Assembly (NCBI RefSeq): GCF_009914755.1
Contig: NC_060926.1
Length of the DNA stretch: 64,000 nucleotides
Source: the human T2T-CHM13v2.0 reference genome, Homo sapiens
Strand: one strand, 5' to 3'
This document shows, piece by piece, positions 50,731-64,000 of the stretch (its first letter is position 1; the number at the start of each line of letters is the position of its first letter). The notes below the pieces were generated by a model that was not told the origin of the DNA, made no database searches, and saw only the letters and a list, made by a program, of their open reading frames with translations. The position numbers were made by a program, and so were the translations under genes.

Positions 50731-52423
50731 AATTTTGACAAGCTTGTAATTACTTAATTTATTGACTGCTATTGCCAAATATCAATAGCTATTGACAATG
50801 TTATTTTAATACACATTTTGATTATGATTTCCTCTAACTTATTTATTTTATAGGTATTATGGAAAATATATAAATAAATCATATCCTTCAATAATAATTA
50901 TGTCTATCTTAATAGGTATCTTCAGTACCTCACAATGGTATTTGGTAAAGCCAGAGAAATAATTAACTATGTTTATATTCAGTCTTTTGTTGCCAGTGAT
51001 AATGTTTGAGGCTTTGATAAAACTCTTGAGTTTAACGATTAATAGTATAATTTCTCTCAAAGTTTACCCATTGAAAATTATAATTCTTGATGAAACTAGT
51101 TGAGAAATGATAAGCTTCATCTTTATATGTTCCCTTTCTGGTATGTGACATTAAAGTCATTTACTTAAAGATTATGGTTGATTTTTTTTTAAAAAAATCA
51201 AAATCCTCACATTTTCAAAGTTAGAAAGCAGCTAAAGATGTTACTTCAATTCCTAAAAGCAAGGCCTTATTAATTCTCTTTTAGTGCTAAAGGATTACCA
51301 TAAAATTATCATAAATTCTTCTTAATTTCTCTCTCTCTCTTACACACACACACACATGCACATAGAATCATAGAAATCACAGGAATTTTACAGTTGGCCT
51401 CCTGAGACAAAACATATAGTATATAAGAATTCTCAGTTATCTGGCTCTGAATTACTCATTTGTAATTATCTGTGGCAAATGGTTAATCTCAGGCTGATGC
51501 ACCATTGCCAACCAGCCCACCTGGGCCATTCTTCCCATTATGAATTAGTGTGTGGTCAGGGATAGCAAATTACTTTAGCAATAACCAGGGAATACAGATT
51601 TAGAAAGACCTAGCTGCAAGAAAAAGTAATTGAATGTACTTCCAAACTAAACAGCCATATGTTTTTGGATGATCTACCATTGGGATTATTTCCATTTTGG
51701 CTCCCCTTCATTGATGCAGGTGATTGGGAGAGTGCATTACTAACAACAGTTCCTAAAACGAGGAAAATCTGTTCTCCGCCGGCCTGCTCCTGTGCATAGC
51801 CTAAGCAGAGTCAAGAATGACATTTCCTTAAAAATGTAGGTATCAAAAATTTCCTTAAAATTATAAAACTGATTTCATATCTGAAAAAGACAGATTCTCC
51901 CATAGGAGGCTATGTCCTTGTAGCTAATAGGACCCTTCCAAAATTTCCATATCCAAACTCTCCGTATAGGGTAGAGGGGGATACAGTGCAAAGAGAGAAA
52001 GGGGAGGAAAAGCAGATATGCCTGGACTGCCTCTGTAATTGAACATCTTCTGGCTATTCTTAGATCTTTGGTGAAAGAATTCACTTTGATCAAGTTCTTC
52101 AAAGCTTTCAATTACCTACAGGATAAGGATTGTAGATACCAATTTATGATCATGATTTAGAGACTTTAAGTATTTAAATATAATACTATAGAATGAATGA
52201 GAATAATTAATATTAATATTACATATTTAAAGCACCTCAATTTTCAGAAGACTTTCATATTATTGAACTCAACTTCCAAATACTTCTTTCTGATAGACTA
52301 AGAGCATAAGGGTAATGTGGAAATGTACTACTGATTTACTAATAGTGAATATGCACTTCTGCCTGTGTTGCCAATACTCCATTTCTTCTCCAGCCAGTTT
52401 TGCATGCTGCTGCCTGATTTATC

Positions 52424-52424
<1 letters not shown>

Positions 52425-52454
<30 letters not shown>

Positions 52455-52779
52455 TTGAGATGAAGTCTCACTTTGTGAAGTGAGTCTCACGTCTCACTTT
52501 GAGATGAAGTCTCACTTTGTTGCCCAGGCTGGAGTGCAGTGGCATGATCTCAGCTCACTGCAACTTCTGCCTCCAGGGTCCAAGCAATTCTCTGCCTCAG
52601 CCTTCCTAGTAGCTGGGATTGCAGGCACCCACCCCGCCGCCAGGCTAATTTTTGTATTTTTAGTAGAGACCGGGTTTCACCATCTTGGTTAGACTGGTCT
52701 TGAACTCCTGACCTCGTGATCCACCCGCCTCAGCCTCCCAAAGTGCTGGGATTACAGGCGTGAGCCACTGTGCCCAGCC
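52425..52779 (-). mobile_element. AluS (Sg/Sc-like) with a duplicated 3' end
   Basis: ctcctgacctcgtgatcc diagnostic; TSD ctgatttatctttct / ctgatttacctttct. Confidence 0.92.
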
Positions 52780-54419
52780 CTGATTTACCTTTCTAAAGGA
52801 CACCTGTAATCACATCTCTCCCTTGATCCTCATCACCTTTCCTGGAAGTAAAAGCTAGACCTGCTCCACCTTTCTAATCTTATTTCTTCCTTAGCCTCCT
52901 CCACAGACCCTCAGTGTTAGTCAAAGTGGCCTCACTAGTGGCTTCGCTGACCAGGTAGGGTAATTTCTTTTTGCCAAAAATGTCTCCTTCCCTTTGCAAC
53001 TCCATGAATCAATTCAAATCCTGACATTTCTAATAGTTTTGAATAAACATGTTTGATATTATCCTAAGGCTCATAGGTTAGTGCTCTTAAAGCTTTTTAC
53101 AAATTTACAGATTTATTATTATATTTTGTATTTTAAAAATTAAAATATTATATTTAAATTTTTATATTTTAAAAATATGAAATATAATGACATATAGTGA
53201 CATATATTTACATACATGTAATTTTTAAAAATTCCATTTAATCCTGTTTGATTTGAATTTTAGTTTGTTCAATAGTAATACTGCCATCCCTGCTACTTTG
53301 TTTTATTTTGGTGTAATTTTCCTGGCTTTTTGTTTTAACAAACTTTAGTCATTTTGTTTAAAGACATTATTTCTCTTGCTTTCTCTCTTGTCTTGTTTTA
53401 ACACAACTTAAGACATCAGAATCTGGTTTTCTTAATTGAGGAATTTAACCTATTCACATTTATTGAGGTAATTGTATGTTTGATTAAATCAGCTAATATT
53501 TGTAAAGCGCTCTGAACAGTCCCTAGGACTTGAAAGTGCTGTATTTGTTATATCAATCAATCTTATTTTTGCTTTCTCATTTTGTGTTTTCTCTTTGTAA
53601 GGCTTTTTTGTCTTGGTTTGGTTTTGCTTGTTTTCTATTTTGTGTTGTTTTGGGTAGCTGTTCTTCTCTTTTGATGATAAGGTTTTCTTTTTTCACCTGG
53701 TATTTGAAAGTTACAAATCTTATTTTTACTGTTCCAGTAGTTATTGTTAGGTTTTTAATAAATATATTTAAACTCACATTTTTCTCAGAATTGATATTTA
53801 TTCTGTATTTAAAATCTCACTCCCCCCCAGAATAAGGGAAAATCCTCTCACTTACTTTCTCTTTCTCTTTTCCTAGTTTCATTGAAATTGCTTTGAATTT
53901 TAAGTTCTAATTATTATGAAATATTTTATGGCACGCTTATCTTTTTAAAAAATTATAGAGTCATATAGCCATATTATCAATAATTATTTAATTTTAATTA
54001 AAATTCCTATTAGTATCTATTTTTTCCTCGAATTACACTTCTTTTTTTAAAACCAATTTCTCAGTTTACTATAGCTTTCAATAATTCATTTAGAAAGAAT
54101 TCATAAGTTGTAAACTGAGATCTTATGTGTTCAAAAATTGCCTTTCCCCACACACGTGAATACTAGTTTTGCTGAAGCAGGAATTCTAGGCTCAAAATAA
54201 TTTCCTTCAGAATTTAGAAGACATCACTCCATTGTTTTCTAGTGTCATGTATTATAAAGAAGATGCCAATATGCTTTTTTTCTCTTTGGTAGATGTCTTA
54301 GTTATTTTGGGCTGCTATAACAAATGCAGTAGACTGGGTGCTTATAAACAACAGAAATTTATTTCTCACATTTCTGGAGGCTGGAAGTCCAAGATCAAGG
54401 TGCCAGCAAATTTGGGGTC

Positions 54420-56351
<1,932 letters not shown>

Positions 56352-56809
56352 GGATCTGATGCTTTCTGGTTCTTGCTGTGTCCTCACATGGCAGAAGGGG
56401 TAAGGGAGCTCTCTGGGATTTCTTTAATAAAAGCACTAATCCCATTCAAGTGGGCTCAGCCCTCATGACCTAATTGCCACCCAAAGGCCCCATCTCCTAT
56501 TACCAGCACCTTGGGGGTTAGGATTTCAACATATAAATTTTGGGGGTACACAAATATTTAGTCCATAGCAATAGGTAATCTTTTTTCTGGTCTGTGGTTT
56601 TTAGGATTCTCTCTTTAATTTTAGAGTTTAGAAAATTCATCATGATGTGTCTAGGCTTATTTCTTTTACAGTTACTTCTGCTCATCACTCAGTGAGTTCG
56701 TTCCATGTGAAGACTCCAGCTCAGTGAAATTTTCCATAGTTCTTTCTTTACAAAAATGTCTAATTTATTTAAATGCAAAAGCAATACTGTAATATGTTTT
56801 GCTTTGCTT

Positions 56810-57620
56810 TAAGGGCTTTTGATTGTGGTAAAATATACAAACATAAAATTTGCCATTTAACTATTTTTAAGTATGTAACCCAGTGACATTAAGTATGTTC
56901 ACATTGTGACATAACCATTATCACCATTCATCTTCAGAAATTTTTCAACTCAAGCTGAAACTATAACCATTAAATGGTAACTCCCCATTTCCCCCAGCTC
57001 CTGATAACCACTGTTCTACTTTCTGTCTCTATGAATTTGACTACTCTAAGTATCTCATATAAGTGGAATCATATGATATTTGTCCTTTCAGATCTGGCTT
57101 ATTTCATTTAAGTATGTTTTCAAAGTTCAGCCATGTTATAGCATGTATCAGAATTTCTTTCGTTTTTAATGCTGAATAATATTCCATTTTATGGTTATAC
57201 CACATTTTGTTTATCCATTCATCCATTCATAGACATTGGGTGTTTCCACCTTTTGGCCACTGTGAATAATGCTCTATGAATATCAGTATACAAGTATCTG
57301 TTTGAGTCCTTGCTTTTAATTCTTTTTGGTATACAGCTAGAGTTAGAATCACTGGGTCATATGATAATTCTACATTCAATTATTTGAGGAACCACCATAC
57401 TGTGTTCCATAGTGGCTGCATTATTTTACATTCCCACTAGCAATGCCCAAGTGTTCCAATTTCTCCACATCCTTGCCAACACTTTTTATTTTCTGTTTTG
57501 GGTTTTTTTTTTTTTTTGTAATAACCATCCTAATGTATGTAAAATGGTGATTTTTTTCTCATTGTGATTTTGATTTGCATTTCCCTAATGATTAGTGATG
57601 CTGAACACTTTTTCATATGC
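56810..57620 (-). mobile_element. L1MB 3' end
   Basis: gtggtaaaatataca...acataaaatttgccattt; ctctatgaatttgactactcta; ttgaggaaccaccatactg. Confidence 0.85.
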
Positions 57621-58789
57621 CTACATAATTACTTATTTGATAATTTCCTCCTGATGTTCTCCCTTTTTAGAACTCCAATTAGATGAATGTTGGATCTCCT
57701 GCATCTGTCTTTCCTATCTCTCAACTTTGTACTTATTTTCATCTCATTATTTTTTACTATACCCTAGGAGATTTCCTTGGCCACATATTTTAATTTACTA
57801 ACTCTACTTTCTGTTATGTAAATTCTGTTATTTGAGCCATCTGTTATTTATTTTGGTGATCATGTTTTTAATTTCCAAGGTCCTGATAGATTCTTTTTCA
57901 CACACATCTGCTCTTCTTTAGGATATGGCATGCTCTTAACTCTCTTTTGTTTTTTTCTACTAACTCTTTCTTCAGGAATTAGTTCTTCTACTCTTTTGGT
58001 TTGTTCCCTCTCTTTTATGCTATTCATTTTCTTCAGATGATTGGTGATTGTTTGTTGTATACTCACGTTTATCAATGGTATGTATTGACCTGGATTGGTA
58101 GCTAGGGTCCATTTCCTCAGCCCAAGTGAAACATCTCTGTTTCTCTGGCAGTGACGGTTTTCCAATATAGCAAGCTTTCTTTTGGCAGTTGATAAAGGAA
58201 GCGGAGAGAAAGATGTAGAACCAATAGTTATCTGAGTCACCTGTTTTTTCATTGCGAATCTCGTAGTGATCATATATTACCTAGGGAGTGCCCTGCTTTT
58301 CTGGTCCCAACAACCATCCTGGGAATACTCTGTATCAGGGTTTAAAAATTATTTCACAAATGGAAAATTGTATCCTGCAGGCAAACAACAGAACCAGCAA
58401 TTCTGAGAGCAGGGGACTCGTGCAGCTGTTCCACAGGTCTTTAATTATTCACCCAGCCTGTCACCCCATTTCCAGCTCCTTTTAATTCCAACTATTGTTG
58501 GTTTTAGGATTTCAAAGTTCGTCTGGAAAACTAACTTTCTTCCTTCCTTCTTTTCTTCCTTTTAATCTTTTATTTTCTCTCTCTCTCTTTTTTTTTTCTT
58601 TTTTTCTGTTCAACTACATGGGTTGCAGATTCTTCAGCTTCGGGGAAATATGTCATTTGCTTTATATATTCCAGAAATTTTTTACTTGCTTGAAGATGCC
58701 CTCTTGGTTTTCAGTAATGCAATAGGTTTGTTCTTATTTTGATATTACTTATGATATTTTGACGGGATTTGGAAAAGAAAGTGAGAGAA

Positions 58790-58808
58790 ATATATATGTG
58801 TGTGTGTG

Positions 58809-58839
<31 letters not shown>

Positions 58840-58874
58840 ATATATACACACACACCAATATGTATATATTTGGT
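58790..58874. repeat. (TA)n/(TG)n/(CA)n compound microsatellite
   Basis: Directly visible; includes a 26-bp palindrome at 58830-58855. Confidence 0.9.
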
Positions 58875-60164
58875 TACAAAATTTTAGTCTGAAGTTTTCA
58901 GTTTAAATTTGATCCCTGCATTTTTAAGTCACAGTCATGAGTTCAAGTTAGAGTCCTTCCCTAAAATCTCTTCCACACTGTTAAGACCCACAACCTTCCC
59001 TCCCTCATGGGCCCACTCAGAGCAGTCGTGACAGAGGGCAAACTCTTATTTAAAATGTAGGTTAACTATAGCCATTTCTGCCCCCCTTGACGCCCCTAAG
59101 GATGGGTGGCAGGATTCATACCCCTGGGAAAAAATCTGATCCAGTTCTCTTGTAGAGACTGATGAGGAAGTAGGTGATCAATTGTCCAACAGCTAGTGAG
59201 TGTTTGGTTCTACCAAGGGAGTGCTGCAGCTGCATTGATGAAACCTAGATTGCTTTGCATAGTAACATGGGGTAGATTACTGATAAGCAGTGAAAAAAGT
59301 AGAGGGCTGAAATACATGACAGAATGCTGTGGCCTGAATTGTTGGAAATAGTTAAAAGACTTTTAAAAATATAGAAATCAAACACTTTTTACCTATTAGC
59401 TCTTCTTTGATGTGGGTCCCCTTCTTCTCACCAATGTTTGAGTGGAGTTTGCTGTACTCAACACGCCCCTTTTTTTTAGTGGGGGTATTTCTGGTTTCGT
59501 ATGGAACACAGAAAAGGCAACAATTGTGGGGCAAAAATAAAAGTGAAAATAAGATTTCAGGGGTAACAGAAACTAAGATTCAAAAATGACATTGAGTATG
59601 GGAACTTCTGGGACTCTTCAGGACGTAAATATTGGGAAGGAAAAGAATGTAGAGTTTCCCCTGACATCTGGGTTACATATTTCTTATTGAACTGTCATTT
59701 AATTGCTTGCGTGTGCACATGTTCATTATAAACTTAGGTGTGGGAAGTACTTTTTGTGGTGTGCATCTATCTTTTTGCTGCCCATGAGTCTAGCAGGGCA
59801 GTGCCTACATAAAATGCTTTCATTAAATAATTTTAAAATCACTTAAAATATTTTTTGCTGATCCATTCATATCTCTACTTCTTCTTTGTGAAAAAAGATC
59901 TATTTTTGTAAGATACGTGGTTGGAGTAAGAGCTAAGGCTTAAAGGCAGATTGGCCTGTCTGAGGGTTAAATCCACAACAAATCTACCTTACAACCAGGT
60001 ATTAAGGCACTGAACATGTTTTATTTTAATGAAACAAGTAAAAAAGTACACAAATACACACTGTAGAAAGCACAACCAAGAAAGTGGGTTAAGATATGAT
60101 TTACCTGTTTTGTTTAATAATCATTGATTTTCCAATTCATATAAGATAATGACATAGCTCTAGA

Positions 60165-60622
60165 AATGTATGCCTGTTTTTGTTTTTGTTTTTGCCTGCC
60201 TAGAATCCCTTCCTCTTTCTTTGGGTAAATAGTCATTTGGTTTTCCTTTGAGCAACCATCTGCTGTCTATTGCAGATTTGGTTGTATTTTCGATCAACAT
60301 GTCCTCCTTCCCTGGGCCAAGACTCCAGCCATGCCAGTCAGACTCCTCCTGCAGTTTGAATGCTAGGCCAACTAACGGAAGGATTAGAGTTAATTCATTT
60401 CTCCCATGCTGCCCTCAATAGAGTATTCATCAGTTTCTGCTACCAAGATCCTAATCAGAGCTGTCCTGATTATTGTCCTTTCTGAACCTGGGTTCTTTAA
60501 ATTCTTTTTTTTAATCCAGTTTTCTGAGCTACTGAAATCCAGTCCAGTAAGTTCCCTTTTTTTGTTAAAGTCAACCAGACTCAGTTTCTGTGGCCTGCAA
60601 CCAAAGAACTCTGACAGATACA
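60165..60622 (+). mobile_element. Old MaLR LTR (MLT1K/L-like)
   Basis: agaatcccttcc...; 3' end ttccctttttttgttaaag...tttctgtggcctgcaaccaaagaactctgacagataca. Confidence 0.55.
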
Positions 60623-60929
60623 GCTCCTATACAAATGGTCTGTTTAGATTTTCTATAAATATTTGATAAATTAATAAAGAATTTGGCTGGCAATAGCTAC
60701 TCAAATAAAGATTGGCTTCCTCAAACAATAACATTTATTAAGTCACTGGTTATTGTGGTATTCCATCAAAAAGGACTCGGTATTATCCAAGGCTTCATGA
60801 AGGAACGTAAAAGGGGAGGGACTCGCATGTTTCTTTACCTCTAGAGCATGTATGTTGAAGGAGGAACGGGGCACATACAAATCAAAACTTGTTGAGTTCC
60901 TTCTCTATTTTTGTTTGATCCTTTAGTGA

Positions 60930-61365
60930 CATGTACTACAATGGTACAAGGACTAGAACTAAAGTCCCATAGCATGCTTGCTTTGACATCTGAAGAAAAC
61001 AGGACAGGCCTCAGATGGCCTAACACAAGTTCCCCTCCCTACTCTGCTAGTGTGGAAAAGGTTCCCTAGCTAATAACTCTTCTTATCATGGGGACCGATT
61101 GCAGTTCCTATTTATCCCTAAGGAGCAAGCTTCAGTCCCTGCCAGCATGTGGAATCATTCAAAGAGGCCAATCACATTTTCCCACAGGAACCAAGGGGCA
61201 TGTCACCCTCTTGATACTGCCAAGCTTGCCTCCCATGGCCCCTGGTTGTTCACCTTGGTCCCAAGTGCAGTCCCTGTGTGGCCCTGTGTGTTGAGCAATG
61301 TCCTCTCCCAGACTATCAGTATCAGTGATGAATAAACTGCTGTCAATCTTATCTGTGTGGTGTCC
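60930..61365 (+). mobile_element. ERVL-class LTR (MER70-like)
   Basis: ggcctaacacaagttcccctcc...gccaatcaca...caccctcttgatact...aataaactgctgtc. Confidence 0.55.
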
Positions 61366-62089
61366 AGTGTCCTGAAATACCTCCTTCACCAATGCGGTGA
61401 ATAGGACATGATCAAAGCACCTATCACAAGAGGAGCTCAAGGCTTTCTCCCTTAGGCCAAGAGGAATGTACTTGGGTATGAAAGCCAAGGACACAACTTG
61501 GCCACATCTCTTTTCTAGGAAATAATGCTAGGGACTGGAGCAAAAGCTCCTCTAGGAGATGCAAAAGCTAAAAGCTCTTACTCTCAACAGAGACTGAGAG
61601 TGCCTCATGAGTATCAGGGTGATGAGAAGGCCCAGGACTATCTGCTGCTTGGCTGCTCTTAGAAACGACATGGGAACCAGGGCTCACAATGGCACACCCC
61701 ACCTCACCAGCAGATTATGTTGGGCTTTGGGGCTCAAACTCAGGTTGTAATAAGAAATGTACCTTTATTTAGAATGTTACCATCTCTCAGGTAAGAATTT
61801 GAGGATGAGAAATCCAAGCCATTTTTCTGTTTATCATGAGCAGCACGTGCCATTCACCAAATAAGTGAGGGGCTGTAAAGGAATTTAGTTGACTGATTTC
61901 TGTGGCCCATCACTTTCACTACTTTTCCCCCCTCATAAAGGCCAACTCAACCTTCTTTTACATTTGATGGCTAAGATACATAAGAAGCATCAGCCCCCTT
62001 TTTGCTCTCCTTTGAATATTGTTTTAATTTCAATAAGAGGTTCTGTTCTAAGATATTTATTTTATAGCCCATTTACTCTTTCTTTTAGG

Positions 62090-62310
62090 GCTGGGAAATG
62101 GAGATTGGAGTCTGGGGACATGTGTTTGAATCTGGATTGGTCTCTTACTAAGCTTTGAAACTGTGAGGAGGTACTGGACGCTGGTGTACTCTCCTGTAAA
62201 ATGGGGATATCACGTCTCCCTGGGAGAGCTGCTGTGAATATTTAATGAGATCATCATGGATATCAAGCCCTGGATCAGAGTCTGGTGCTTAATGTGCCTC
62301 AGCTTGTGTT
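62090..62310 (+). mobile_element. MIR
   Basis: ttggagtc...gtttgaatc...ctgtaaaatggggata. Confidence 0.6.
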
Positions 62311-62347
62311 CATCTCCACCCCATCCATCCTTTTAAGTTATAAGTCC

Positions 62348-62440
62348 TTTTGGCCTGGGAGGCTGAGGTTGCAGTGAGCTGTGATCATGCCACTGCACTT
62401 CAGCCTGGGTGAAAGAGCAAGACCCTGTCTCAGAAAAAAA
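62348..62440 (+). mobile_element. AluJ 3' fragment
   Basis: cctgggaggctgaggttgcagtgagc...gaccctgtctcagaaaaaaa. Confidence 0.85.
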
Positions 62441-62971
62441 TTTGTAAATGGGTTTCTTCCTCATCAAGAATTACTAGATATAGAAAGAGACAAGAAGGCT
62501 TGATCTATGTGGAGCGTGAGACCCACGGAAGTAGACGAAAGCATCTGGGAGTCTCCAGGGGATGTACATTCTTGTCCCCTAGAAGTAGTGGTAAAGTTAA
62601 TTACCACATAAAAGAATGGGACAGTGAGTAGGGCCAGTCCTATGTGGGAGAGAATGCCTTCTACAGATGGAAGGATAAAAGTGGGCTTGCTCTAAATCTC
62701 TTGAGGCAGGCATGTCAGCAGTCATAGGGACTCTGGTTATAGCTTTCTTGTAGCTTCTCTACAACCTCACTGCCCCCTTTAGACTTCCTATGTGCAGTCT
62801 CCTCTGATTCCTGGAAACACTTCCTCTCAGTTTGTTATCAAGTGATAAAGGGCCTGAAGAACTCATTGACACTGGAGTTGATGACTGAGAACATACCATG
62901 TAATCCCTTCCAAAGGTGGATGGCATTTAACAAGGGACCATATCTTATTCCAGAAAAATTGCATTCTTTGT

Positions 62972-63085
62972 GGATCCTCCCACCTCAGCCCCCCGAGTAG
63001 CTGGTACCACAGGCATGTGCCACCATGCCCCACTATTTTTTGTATTTTTTGTAGAGATGGGGTTTTGCCATGTTGCGTAGGCTGG
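62972..63085 (-). mobile_element. AluJ middle fragment
   Basis: gatcctcccacctcagcc...tgtagagatggggttttgccatgttg. Confidence 0.85.
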
Positions 63086-63124
63086 AGAAATGGCTTTCTA
63101 ATGGTGCAATTTCTGAGTGAAGGC

Positions 63125-63380
63125 TGAGCATATAGTTTAGAACTTGGACTTTATAATTAGAGTCCTGGATCCATCACTTAACAGCTACAAAATCTTAGGC
63201 AAGTTATTGTACTTCTCCTCTCTAAGAATCAGTTTTCTTATCTATAAAATAGTAGATATAGTAACACCCACCTTATAGGATTATCATGAAGAGTCAGGGA
63301 AATGATCTCCATGAAACTTCTAGCCCACTGCTGGTGTTTATAAATGCTGCTCTCAATAAATGTTAGTTGTTATTGCCATG
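63125..63380 (+). mobile_element. MIR
   Basis: cttaggcaagtta...cagttttcttatctataaaat...ctcaataaatgttagttgttatt. Confidence 0.75.
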
Positions 63381-64000
63381 ATTGTTTTTATTACTTATGT
63401 GAAATCCCATCTCATTGGCCTTGATCAGTTCTATTCATATGTAAAGTCAGCCCAGTATCCAGGAAAGGTAGAAGATTCATTTCCTCTGAATTAGTCGTAG
63501 GAAGTGGCATATTCAGGTCATTTGGATCCCTGCCTGCCCTGGGCTGAATTCACAGCTCTTACAATAGAACCAAAGCGTTGTCTTTTCCAGACACAGTGGA
63601 GAAGCTCCCTGTTTCACTGCTGCAGAGTTAAATTCTAAGATGAAATATTTTACCTGTTTAGCATATTGTTAAATTAGGCTGGCTCCCTATCTTTTGAAAT
63701 ACACATTTTGGGATTGATGGATTTAGAGTTTTTTGGTTTTTAAGTTTTGTTCGTCCTAGGTTTAAGTCCTTAAGTCTTTTCATCTCCTCTTCCATGGATA
63801 AACATTGCTAAAATATAAACAGTCAGTGACCTGTTTGAATAAAATGAAAGTCAAAAAAGGCTATAATGAAGCTTAGGGTTTGTTGGTTCTTGGTTTCCGG
63901 TTTTGTTTTTTCAAGCTATTGCCAGTTGGATGTTGAGGATACTCAGTTCGCCCTTTGTGAATGAACAGACGCTTGACATGGCCTTGCATTTGGCCAGGCC

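Overview
Primate (human-like) nuclear DNA: AT-rich, CpG-poor and dense in interspersed repeats. The only supportable coding sequence is a 3'-terminal exon at 1360-1438 encoding (E)FQREFTQGVKPDWTIARIEHSKLLE*, followed by a short 3'UTR and AATAAA. I recognise this peptide from memory as the C-terminus of MAIP1/C2orf47, which would place the window at human 2q33.1. The remaining ~62 kb looks intergenic: Alu, L1, L2, MIR, CR1, MaLR/ERVL/ERV1 LTRs, and hAT and Tigger DNA transposons. The supplied ORFs are repeat-derived or chance ORFs. I found no convincing novel multi-gene system. The most notable signals are: (1) a 111-bp inverted templated insertion whose donor starts exactly at an L1PB target site; (2) a ~625-bp inversion that splits an AluJ at a 3-bp microhomology; (3) a heavily decayed LTR retroelement with a tRNA-Gln PBS and ordered RT motifs in otherwise unique-looking DNA; (4) a perfect 60-bp palindrome and several micro inverted-triplication scars. 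Repeat subfamily names come from recalled consensus sequences, and boundaries are approximate unless a TSD is quoted.
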